NCBI GenBank assembly: GCA_903928325.1
Contig: CAIYQF010000289.1
Location: 1-33,251, forward strand
Origin: an uncultured beta proteobacterium
Lineage (GTDB): Bacteria > Pseudomonadota > Gammaproteobacteria > Burkholderiales > Burkholderiaceae_C
DNA length: 33,251 nucleotides
Direction: 5' to 3'
Shown here: piece after piece, positions 17,967-26,002 of the stretch
How the letters are laid out: each line of letters opens with the position of its first letter
Position numbering within the stretch: the stretch's first letter is position 1
Made by a program: the position numbers and the translations under genes
Notes under the pieces: model-generated
What the model was told of the DNA's origin: nothing
The model's input: the letters and a program-made list of their open reading frames with translations, nothing else
The model's database searches: none

Positions 17967-19100
17967 TCATTTAACTGTGCTGACATCGACCAAATCACCG
18001 AGCCAATCAAGATGCTCAGTCACATAACAGCCTGTCCTGTTTCCAGTTCGCTTGACATAATTGGGCGACGTGTTATCTCCTGCAGCTACCATGTATGCTA
18101 TTTGCGTAAGTTCATCTGCTTCACCATCAATCGGAATTAGGTATTCGGAGAAATCAGTATGTACGCAAAGTTCTGGGACGGAATACTGGTATGTTCCAGC
18201 GAACTCATTTCCCTTTTCCGGATGGGTTGCGGACTGAAACCCTAACGATGAATGTCCGATCGCCGCTTCTGGGGAATACGAAACTAGTTGGGTGATTTTG
18301 AAATTCTTGAACGCCGTCATCATGATTAGCATGGACATGCCGTTATTTCCAATAATTACATTTCCAGCAAGACGACAAAATGGAATCACGTCCTGAATTG
18401 GAAGGTTAATCGGAGTAGTGCCTGGGATCGGCATTTGGGGTAGGCCATTGAATGGATTAAGACCTCCTACATTGGTAAATACCGTTAACCCCTTGCTTAT
18501 CAATTCCTTTGCTAAAGTATTCCAGAAAATTTGTGGAAGTTTCGGAGCGGAATTATTGATGGGGCATAACAATACGGAACGTCCAATCCGTAAGCCAGAC
18601 TGAATGGCATATCCAAGAACTCTATGTTCTGTCTCAACAGACATGGTTGGCGGTTCCAGCTTGGCATTCCAAGGCAGGTGTAGAACAAAGCGGACACAGT
18701 CAATTTCACTCAATCCACCGCGGCCGGGGTATTTACTTAGGAATCTGATGCCATCCGAGTATCTAAAGCCACGATCAATCCAGCATGCACTAAAAGGTTG
18801 GTCAATCTCTAGACGGTCCTGTGGAATATAGCCGCTTCGGAGTATAAGTCTCATCGTGTCATCAGATATAACTACAACTTTTATAAATTGATGTGCATAC
18901 ATGTCGATGACATGCTGATGTTTAGGGGTTATAACAACGATGATGTCGTGTCCATGTTGCTTTTTGAATTCTCCAGCAAGAGCGCAAAACTGAACAGTTT
19001 CTCCGATGTTGTAACCACACAATATGATCCATGACGGCGTATCCTTAATGCGCACCGTATCATTAAAAAAATTGTCGAAATTTTGAAATAATGGAATCAT
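17967..19100 (-). CDS. Uncharacterised protein, probable divergent GT9 (heptosyltransferase-like) glycosyltransferase
   Basis: 377-aa ORF. YNIGETV, VLLCPINNSAPKLPQIFWNTLAKEL and CRLAGNVIIGNNGMSML echo the GT9 motifs xLGD, HPG...KxW and ADLVIGxDSG, in the right order. Confidence 0.55.
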   Translation of the reverse strand: MIPLFQNFDNFFNDTVRIKDTPSWIILCGYNIGETVQFCALAGEFKKQHGHDIIVVITPKHQHVIDMYAHQFIKVVVISDDTMRLILRSGYIPQDRLEIDQPFSACWIDRGFRYSDGIRFLSKYPGRGGLSEIDCVRFVLHLPWNAKLEPPTMSVETEHRVLGYAIQSGLRIGRSVLLCPINNSAPKLPQIFWNTLAKELISKGLTVFTNVGGLNPFNGLPQMPIPGTTPINLPIQDVIPFCRLAGNVIIGNNGMSMLIMMTAFKNFKITQLVSYSPEAAIGHSSLGFQSATHPEKGNEFAGTYQYSVPELCVHTDFSEYLIPIDGEADELTQIAYMVAAGDNTSPNYVKRTGNRTGCYVTEHLDWLGDLVDVSTVK

Positions 19101-19129
19101 TAATATATTCTCGATTTAAAATTAATTAT

Positions 19130-19864
19130 CTAATTGTTGCGTTCGAGATTAATGGTTCTTTGATTTTCCCAGGAAAATCTAATAAACTTAGTAGGTTTTT
19201 TTATACCGTTGTTTATTTTGTTGAGTGCAAGTGCCTCGTTTAGGGTGCTAGAACGATCCAATTTATTGGTCTTGAAGTTCGTATCCTTGAATAAGGGAGT
19301 ATTTCCCAATATCAACCGTTTCCCACCATAAAACTCCCAGACGTAAGGTAAATAAATGTCCTCAAATCCGTAGTGGCCCGCAAAATCTTCATCGTACATA
19401 CAAGTAGTCTTGAATCTTTGCGTATTCGCGAGAAAAGTGTTGGGATGGACGTCCAGTTTCTTTTTCAGATTGCTATCAATAAAGTCTTGCACGTAGAAAT
19501 AGTACATGCAGTTTTCTTCTAATTCCCGAATTGACTTCAAAATGAGCTGAACGCAATTTGCAATTGGTATTTGATCGATGTCAAAGAATAAAACCCAGGG
19601 CGACTCCGCCATAAAGCAGCCTAGGTTCCTGGAACCTGCTTGGTTCCAGGGAATGTCATCGATGACCCGATAAGCCTTGAGATTAAGCCCATTGCTTGCC
19701 GGGACGACCGGCTCGTCAGAGCAATCATCGACAATGATGATTTCGAATTGAGCACGGTCTTTCGCGTCTAAGAGGCAAAGTGCATCCAATAAGGCCTGTA
19801 CCTTGTGGTGGCCATTGAGGTGGTGTGTCACCAGCGACAAAGAAATGCGGTCGTTCGTCATCAT
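19130..19864 (-). CDS. GT2/GT7C-like (GT-A fold) glycosyltransferase
   Basis: EIIIVDDCS, WNQAGSRNLG, VLFFDID (DxD) and YDEDFAGHYGFED. Confidence 0.82.
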   Translation of the reverse strand: MMTNDRISLSLVTHHLNGHHKVQALLDALCLLDAKDRAQFEIIIVDDCSDEPVVPASNGLNLKAYRVIDDIPWNQAGSRNLGCFMAESPWVLFFDIDQIPIANCVQLILKSIRELEENCMYYFYVQDFIDSNLKKKLDVHPNTFLANTQRFKTTCMYDEDFAGHYGFEDIYLPYVWEFYGGKRLILGNTPLFKDTNFKTNKLDRSSTLNEALALNKINNGIKKPTKFIRFSWENQRTINLERNN

Positions 19865-19924
19865 ACTTAGCGTATCGTTCTTGGTGCAGTATTTCGGGGT
19901 GCTGTATGGTTAGTTCTTACATTG

Positions 19925-20560
19925 TCATTGAGCGCTTTTGATGCACTCAACGCACAAACTTTCGGCTGCCCTAAGAGGGGCATAGGGTTCTATTTCCTGG
20001 ATATCACTTAATGCGCTCTCTTGAAACATAGTTTTCCGCACGTCAGTGAATCCGGTCTGGTTGAGAATGTGGTTTACGGTCTCATAGTCGTATCCCATTT
20101 TGTGACCGTGGTTGTGTAGCATGCCCATGAATACCGCTCCACGTGTGGGATAAAGCAGCTTGTCGTCGGACAACGCTTCTTTTCGGTAGGCATCAAAGAA
20201 GAAGTCGTCTTCCTCCATATATTTTTTAGAAAATGTACCCAGATCGGGAACCAGCAGTCGCATGGTTGCACCAGGCTTTAGCACCCTATTGCATTCCTTT
20301 AAAAACTGAATCCCTTCTGTGTTGGTAAGATGCTCCAACATGTGTGAGTGGTAGACGACATCCAGACTGTTGTCAGACGCTGGTATCCCGTGTGTTAAAT
20401 CGAAATTGAGTAGGACTGTGTCCTGCACACCGTTGGGATTTTCATAGAGCTTGTCTTGCTCTAGGTTGGTCCAAAACCCGATGTTCAAATAATTCTTTAA
20501 AAAGATGATCCCACACCCGAGATGGAACTTCTTGAAGCTTTCTGAGTAGTCTGTGGTCAT
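19925..20560 (-). CDS. Class I SAM-dependent methyltransferase
   Basis: KFHLGCG, DLTHGIP..DNSLDVVYHSHMLEHL, ECNRVLKPG..RLLVPD and SLCVECIK. Start is MTTDY at 20560. Confidence 0.82.
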   Translation of the reverse strand: MTTDYSESFKKFHLGCGIIFLKNYLNIGFWTNLEQDKLYENPNGVQDTVLLNFDLTHGIPASDNSLDVVYHSHMLEHLTNTEGIQFLKECNRVLKPGATMRLLVPDLGTFSKKYMEEDDFFFDAYRKEALSDDKLLYPTRGAVFMGMLHNHGHKMGYDYETVNHILNQTGFTDVRKTMFQESALSDIQEIEPYAPLRAAESLCVECIKSAQ

Positions 20561-20625
20561 GTGTCGCTCGCATGGGATGTTTCTGGGCCTCAAAACCCGT
20601 CAATCGGGGTAGTGCGCCAGTGGTA

Positions 20626-20642
20626 AGCAAAATGAGTGCCAA
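20626..20642 (-). promoter_or_regulatory. Sigma54 (RpoN) -24/-12 promoter for the carbohydrate operon
   Basis: The minus strand reads TTGGCAC-TCATT-TTGCT, an exact TGGCAC-N5-TTGCW match, ~65 nt upstream of the ATG at 20560. Confidence 0.75.
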
Positions 20643-20919
20643 CGGAAATCTGCAGTTGCGGTCGCGTTCAGGGGCTATTCGATGGTTTCCCGACAGCCGC
20701 ATCCGCATCTGTGTTCATGGGGGGCAAGGGTTGGAGTTCGCTTGGAAGTGACGGGATGGCCTCAGTACAATCTGGGTGTAACTTTCTGCTGAGGCGCGCG
20801 CGTGGCCCATGAGCCCAAAGTCGACAACTTTCCGACAGCGTGGCTTGCGCGTTCGCGCTTGGCTCTGGCTTGGGTAGGCTTTGCTTGCCTTCTATCAATG
20901 TGCACTTAATGGTATTGCC

Positions 20920-21792
20920 ATGAAAATATGTCTGGTCGAATTCAATCTCGCCTATCCCAATGCAGGTTCTCTTTCTTCCTATAACGAGGTTGTTGAGTCG
21001 TATTACTGGGGTTTCCATGCACTTGGCTTTGCGGTGGAGCGCAGAGTAAATCATCACAATCCAGAAGCGAGAAATATTGTTTTTGGATACCAGATTCCAA
21101 TTCAATTGGGTTTAATTGATACATTCCCATCTGATACTATTTTTTTTAATCTCGAGCGCTTGGTTGGCGTGGATCCAAATGATTCTTGGTCCAAGACGGT
21201 TGCAGGAAAATTCCAAATTTGGGATTATAGTCACAGTAACGCTGTCTTTTGGAGCATGCTTAACCCAGCTTTCCCTGTTTATTTTGCTAAGACCTCTTAT
21301 GCCCCAATTTTGGAGAAGATTCCGCAGGATGTTCCGTTGGATATCGATGTTTTGTTCTATGGAAGTTTGACTCATATCCGTTTGGAGTCTTTGAACAAGA
21401 TTTCAGTGATGCGGCAGAACTTGACGGGGCTTTCAGTCTGCACTCTAAGTAATATTTACGGTAAGCAACGCGACGACCTTATCGCCCGCTCAAAGGTAAT
21501 TTTAAATTTCTCGAATGGTATTAACTTTGAAATTGTCCGGGTTTCGTACCTGCTTGCCAACAAGAAAGCGGTCCTATGCATTGCAGACGGAGACGGGGTG
21601 CAGGTTGAAGATGATTTACGCCATGGCGCGCTGAAGTTTGTCAAGACACAGGACGTTTTTGAGGTCTGCCAGGCAATGGTGGATGACGATGAAGGCCGCG
21701 AGAAATACGCCAACGCGGGTTACGAGGTTTTCAAGCTACGCGATATCCGTGATGTGATCGGAGGTTTTTTCATCCATAAAGATCCGTATTGA
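20920..21792 (+). CDS. Putative glycosyltransferase (GT-B/CgeB-like C-terminal domain)
   Basis: IFFNLE, IWDYS..N, DIDVLFYGSL..R, YGKQRDDLIARSKVILN and FEIVRVSYLLANKKAV. Start is probably MKICL at 20920. Confidence 0.6.
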   Translation: MKICLVEFNLAYPNAGSLSSYNEVVESYYWGFHALGFAVERRVNHHNPEARNIVFGYQIPIQLGLIDTFPSDTIFFNLERLVGVDPNDSWSKTVAGKFQIWDYSHSNAVFWSMLNPAFPVYFAKTSYAPILEKIPQDVPLDIDVLFYGSLTHIRLESLNKISVMRQNLTGLSVCTLSNIYGKQRDDLIARSKVILNFSNGINFEIVRVSYLLANKKAVLCIADGDGVQVEDDLRHGALKFVKTQDVFEVCQAMVDDDEGREKYANAGYEVFKLRDIRDVIGGFFIHKDPY

Positions 21793-21957
21793 TTAGGATC
21801 AAGACGATCCGTTGAACTGTGGGCTATCATGTCTGTTGATATTCCTCACGAACAAATAGGTTGAAAAATTCATATTTTTTATAACATTATGTTTTCGAAC
21901 ATGTTATTCAAAAGTTAATTTTGTTTGTTGTAAGATCGTGACGACGCATATGAAAGG

Positions 21958-22692
21958 TTGACTATGGCTGTTAGATTGACAATGCTTGAGCACTTTAAGG
22001 CTGGCGTTTACCTTGATGTCGTACGCGATACACACACCAAACTAATGTACTCACAGTTCGGGGAGGACTCGCTGGTTTTGGATATTCTCGTTCACGATAT
22101 TCAAAGACCACACGGTGGCTTTTATGTTGATGTAGGTGCATTTCACCCTCGCTGGCTTTCCACTACTAAGCTACTGAAGTTTTTGAACTGGACTGGAATT
22201 AATATTGATGCCAACGAGGATGTTATTGCATTGTTCAATAAGGAACGGCCCGAAGATATTAACGTTTGCTGCGGGGTTGGTTCTGCAGAGGGGCAACTCG
22301 TTTATCACATGTTTGAAGGTGGTGCGGTGAAAACGCTTAGCTCAGATATGGCGCAACATCAAATTAATATTGGTGCTAAATTGGTCGAATCAAAGTTAAT
22401 TCTCGTGAAAACGATTAACCAAATTCTTGAGGAAAAGCTACCAACTGGACAGGCAATTGACTACATGAACGTGGACTTGGAGGGCCTCGATCAGGAGGTA
22501 ATCGAGAGTCTAGATTTGTCAAAGTTTCGACCTGCCGTTATAAGTATTGAGATTTTTAATGTCGATCTGCTGAGCCTCGGAGGTGATCCGATAGTATCCT
22601 ATTTGCACCATAACCGATATAAGCTGCTGGCTGTTGCGCGAGCGACGTATATCTTTGTTGATCTAGACCAGTCTAAGCTTTTATACCAGTAG
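21958..22692 (+). CDS. FkbM-family methyltransferase
   Basis: YSQFGED, GFYVDVGAFHP...S.T, WTGINIDAN, IDYMNVDLEGLD and RPAVISIE. Exact start uncertain. Confidence 0.85.
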   Translation: MTMAVRLTMLEHFKAGVYLDVVRDTHTKLMYSQFGEDSLVLDILVHDIQRPHGGFYVDVGAFHPRWLSTTKLLKFLNWTGINIDANEDVIALFNKERPEDINVCCGVGSAEGQLVYHMFEGGAVKTLSSDMAQHQINIGAKLVESKLILVKTINQILEEKLPTGQAIDYMNVDLEGLDQEVIESLDLSKFRPAVISIEIFNVDLLSLGGDPIVSYLHHNRYKLLAVARATYIFVDLDQSKLLYQ

Positions 22693-22926
22693 CCTAGAGC
22701 AGCTAAGTGAAGTGCGCACGTGCCTGCAGGAGTATTTGTATTGCTTCATTCACTCAGTTTTTATCATCTTCCCTCGGGTGGCGAATTGGACCCACGATCA
22801 CAGAACAGTATTCCGTTATGCCATAGAGGGCGGCATAGTCGGCAGTGAAAAAATATATGTCCAGTTGACGGAAGAATGGGCTAGTGGCGCCCTTTCGACA
22901 GGAAAATGGTGATAAATCCAAAACCC

Positions 22927-22953
22927 AAAAAAGCCACCCGAAGGTGGCTTTTT
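22927..22953. terminator. Bidirectional intrinsic terminator downstream of fliC
   Basis: AAAAAA-GCCACC-CGAA-GGTGGC-TTTTT, between the convergent fliC and FkbM genes. Confidence 0.85.
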
Positions 22954-22984
22954 CACGAAGCAGCTTGCGCCGCTGCCGTTTGGC

Positions 22985-23806
22985 TTACTTGAGCAAGGCC
23001 AGCACGCTTTGGGGCTGCTGGTTAGCTTGCGCCAGCATGGCGGTGGCGGCTTGTTGGATGATCTGGGTTTTGGCCAACTTGGTCGTTGCGACCGCATAGT
23101 CCGTATCTTCAATACGGCTGCGTGATGCAGACATATTGGTGGAGATATTGTCCATGTTGTCGGCAGCATAGGTCAGTTGGTTGATACCGGCTCCCAGAGC
23201 AGCGCGCTGGGCGTTGACGATGTCGAGTGCCGAGTCCAGCAGGCCGACGGCCGTGGTGCCGGTGGCGGCAGTTTTGACGTCCGATGTACCCGACAAGCCC
23301 AAGCCAGCCAGTGTGGTGGCTGTGGTGGTGGTGATCGTGATCGCACCGGTGGATGCACCGCTAGACGACGCGCCGATGGTAAAGGTCTGCGCCGCGCTGG
23401 TGGTGATACCGTTCCACTTGGTTTCGCTGGCGACCTTACCGATTTGCGTTGACAGGGCTTGGTATTCAGCGTCCGAATAGCTCATCTGCGTGGTCGAGTA
23501 GGTGCCCGATGTCGACTGCACGGCCAGTTCACGCATGCGTTGCAGCATGTTGGTGGTTTCGATCAAAGCGCCGTCGGCGGTTTGCAGCAAGCTGACACCG
23601 TCGTTGGCATTGCGCACAGCCTGGTTCAGGCCGCGAATGTCCGCCGTCATGGTGGACGTGATGGCTGCGCCAGCTGCATCGTCTGCGGCCGAGTTGATAC
23701 GTTTGCCGGTCGACAAGCTTTCCATCGCATTTTGCATGTTGCGTGCATTGACTTTGATCGAGCTTTGTGCAAAGAGTGAGCTGACATTGGTGTTAATAAC
23801 TGACAT
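22985..23806 (-). CDS. fliC: Flagellin (minimal, 273 aa)
   Basis: MSVINTN, LSTGKRINSAADDAAG, NANDGVSLLQTADGAL, LQRMRELAVQ, SRIEDTDYA and AMLAQANQQPQSVLALL. Confidence 0.97.
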   Translation of the reverse strand: MSVINTNVSSLFAQSSIKVNARNMQNAMESLSTGKRINSAADDAAGAAITSTMTADIRGLNQAVRNANDGVSLLQTADGALIETTNMLQRMRELAVQSTSGTYSTTQMSYSDAEYQALSTQIGKVASETKWNGITTSAAQTFTIGASSSGASTGAITITTTTATTLAGLGLSGTSDVKTAATGTTAVGLLDSALDIVNAQRAALGAGINQLTYAADNMDNISTNMSASRSRIEDTDYAVATTKLAKTQIIQQAATAMLAQANQQPQSVLALLK

Positions 23807-23929
23807 GGCGTAACTCCTAAAAATTTAAAAATGGTCCAAAAGGTGCAATCTGACAGAATATTTCATCACTTGGATTCAACTACTGCTAGGTCACTACAGA
23901 AAGTAAAACTGCACCTTCTGTTACTGAAT

Positions 23930-23956
23930 GAATCGGCGGCTGAAATATTTTCTTTA
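23930..23956 (-). promoter_or_regulatory. Sigma28 (FliA) promoter of fliC
   Basis: Minus strand TAAA-N15-GCCGATTC. Confidence 0.8.
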
Positions 23957-23974
23957 ACGAAAACTTGAAAAAAA

Positions 23975-24358
23975 CTAGGTTTTGTTGTTGTAAAGAAGAC
24001 CTTTCATATCGGCGATCTTGTGAGAAAGCGTCATGAAGTCTTCGCTTGGTATTTGGCGGACCACTTCACCCGACTGGGTGTTGCGTACCGTTACTACCGT
24101 GCGCTGGGAAACCTGGTCAAACGAGAAGCCCAGGCCTTGCTTGCCAGAGCTCACCTGCTCGTTGAGCATACTGAGCACTTCTTGCATGTTTTGACGCAGT
24201 TTGCCTGCGTCGTAATTGGTTTGCATGGGTTTTGGTGCGCTGACCTTGGGTGTTTCCACCACGGGCGCAGCGGATACCTGGCCGCCGGGGCTAACTGGCG
24301 GCCCTATGGGCGCAGGGCTGCGTCCTATATTGCTGATACTTTGTACATCGGATCCCAT
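23975..24358 (-). CDS. flaG: Flagellar protein FlaG
   Basis: C-terminal LGFSFD...VVTVRNTQSGEVVRQIPSEDFM...GLLY. Confidence 0.88.
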   Translation of the reverse strand: MGSDVQSISNIGRSPAPIGPPVSPGGQVSAAPVVETPKVSAPKPMQTNYDAGKLRQNMQEVLSMLNEQVSSGKQGLGFSFDQVSQRTVVTVRNTQSGEVVRQIPSEDFMTLSHKIADMKGLLYNNKT

Positions 24359-24449
24359 ATGTGCCGTCCTTTCTTAAGACATTGAATTTGCCGTCACCTG
24401 ACGGTCGTCTGCAATGGGGGTCCATGCAGAAGGGCAATCAGTGATAGGG

Positions 24450-24476
24450 GAATCGGCAGCGCCGTGGAAAACTTGA
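24450..24476 (-). promoter_or_regulatory. Sigma28 (FliA) promoter of flaG
   Basis: Minus strand TCAA-N15-GCCGATTC, with the same -10 octamer as the fliC promoter. Confidence 0.68.
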
Positions 24477-24490
24477 GCCGCTACGCGACA

Positions 24491-25924
24491 TTAGTTTTTG
24501 GTGTAGGTGGACATCATCCCGTCAAACGTGCTGGTGAGGCCGGTTTGGGTCGATTTGCTTTGGCCGACCATGGCTTCCATGACGCTGAACTGCTTGGTGT
24601 AGTTGGTCAGCAGGTCGGCCATACGGATATTGAGCTTGTCGAGCTCTTTGTTGTAGGCGGTAATCTGGGCCGTGGCATTGCTGCTTTGGGAGAGCAGGGT
24701 GCCGGTGCTCGACAGCATGGTCGTCAGCGTGTTGATGGCTACGCCGGCCACACCGGCTACGTCGGCACTGGTTTCGCTGGTGGATATGTATTGGGTGTCA
24801 ACGCCAGCGCTGAGCATGGTCACGACGTCTGAAAAGTTCGAGGCAAGTACCGTATCGAGCTTGGTGCTGTCCAGCGTAAGCGTGCCTTTGGAGTCGACTG
24901 ATACGCCCAGGTCCCGAAGCGCCGATATGCCGTTGCTAGCGGTGGCCGATGTACCAAAAACAATGGTGCGCAGTTGGTTTTGTAGGCTTTGAACAGTGCT
25001 GTCACCCACCAGGCTGGCTCCGTAACCGGAAACCGTAGAGTTCTTGTTGGCCGCCTCTTTGAGCACGGTGTTGACGTCGTTATAGGCCGTTACCAAAGAG
25101 GAAATGCTGGTTTTTACCGCGGTGGTGTCGCGCACCAAATCCACGCTGGTGGCGCTGCTGGTCACGCTAGAGAAGTTTAGCGTCACACCGGGTATGGCGT
25201 CGCTGACCTGGTTGGTGCTGCGCGTCAGGCTCAGACCGTCAACCGTCAGGGTGGCGTCGGTCGGCGCCGTGGTGGTGAAGCTCAGGTCACCGCCAGAGAT
25301 CGAAAATGCCTTGTCCGTTCCGGTGTCGCCATTGACGACGATCTGGTAGCCGCTGTCGGTCTGAATCAGCGCAGCGGTCACGCCCAGGTTGGCTGCATTG
25401 ATGCAGCTCACCACACCAGCGGGGGTGGCATTTGCACTGCTAATGGAGACGGTTTGCGCTACGCTGCTAAACGCCAAACCGTCCAACGTAATGTCAAACG
25501 CGGTGCTGGAGTTGACCGCATCGGTGGTCGTGGTGTATGCCGAGCTGACCGAGCGCTGGGGTGTAGCCAGCGCCGACACCGTCACCGAATGGTTGCCGGC
25601 TGTTGCCGCGGAGCTGGTGGTGACATAAAACGCATTGGTCTGGGCGCTGCTCACGGACACGGCGCTGAAGTCGGTCTTGGTATTGAGCGACTCGAAAGCG
25701 GTCTTGAACGTCGCCAATGAGCTGGCCACGGCCGCGTAGCCCGCTATACGCGCCTGGGAGGCTGTTATTTTTTTGTCTATCGCGTCTTTGCGTGGTGTTT
25801 TTTCCGCGTCGACCAGGCTTTGTGCCAGGGCTTTGACGTCCACGCCTGAGCCTGCACCCAAAGCGCTTACGACATTGGGGTTGCTGGCCGTCGTGGTGCT
25901 GGTGGAGCTAACGGCAGTGGTCAC
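24491..25924 (-). CDS. fliD: Flagellar filament cap protein
   Basis: ALGAGSGVDVKALAQSLVDAE, DATLTVDGLSLTRSTNQVSDAIPGVTL and YTKQFSVMEAMV. Confidence 0.93.
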   Translation of the reverse strand: MTTAVSSTSTTTASNPNVVSALGAGSGVDVKALAQSLVDAEKTPRKDAIDKKITASQARIAGYAAVASSLATFKTAFESLNTKTDFSAVSVSSAQTNAFYVTTSSAATAGNHSVTVSALATPQRSVSSAYTTTTDAVNSSTAFDITLDGLAFSSVAQTVSISSANATPAGVVSCINAANLGVTAALIQTDSGYQIVVNGDTGTDKAFSISGGDLSFTTTAPTDATLTVDGLSLTRSTNQVSDAIPGVTLNFSSVTSSATSVDLVRDTTAVKTSISSLVTAYNDVNTVLKEAANKNSTVSGYGASLVGDSTVQSLQNQLRTIVFGTSATASNGISALRDLGVSVDSKGTLTLDSTKLDTVLASNFSDVVTMLSAGVDTQYISTSETSADVAGVAGVAINTLTTMLSSTGTLLSQSSNATAQITAYNKELDKLNIRMADLLTNYTKQFSVMEAMVGQSKSTQTGLTSTFDGMMSTYTKN

Positions 25925-26002
25925 AGCGGTTCCTGTTGGGTTTGTAGGCAGTCATGATGCAAAGGAATTCGACGCGAGCGCCATAAGCTTGAGGTGCCAG
26001 AT

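Noticed and set aside
20594-20919. Riboswitch or ncRNA in the intergenic region
   Set aside because: I recognised no known aptamer consensus; an Rfam/Infernal scan would be needed.
20668-21105. 145-aa minus-strand ORF
   Set aside because: It overlaps the + strand gene and the promoter region and has no recognisable motif.
21881-21907. Nested AT-rich palindrome (ATAACAT...ATGTTAT) before the FkbM gene
   Set aside because: It is short and AT-rich in an AT-rich region, so plausible by chance, with no assignable regulator.
22712-22912. 66-aa ORF between the FkbM gene and the terminator
   Set aside because: GTG start, no clear RBS and no motif; it might be a gene remnant but this cannot be supported.
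25925-26002. Sigma54 promoter before fliD (TGGCAC on the minus strand)
   Set aside because: The GG-to-GC spacing is 8 rather than the required 10.
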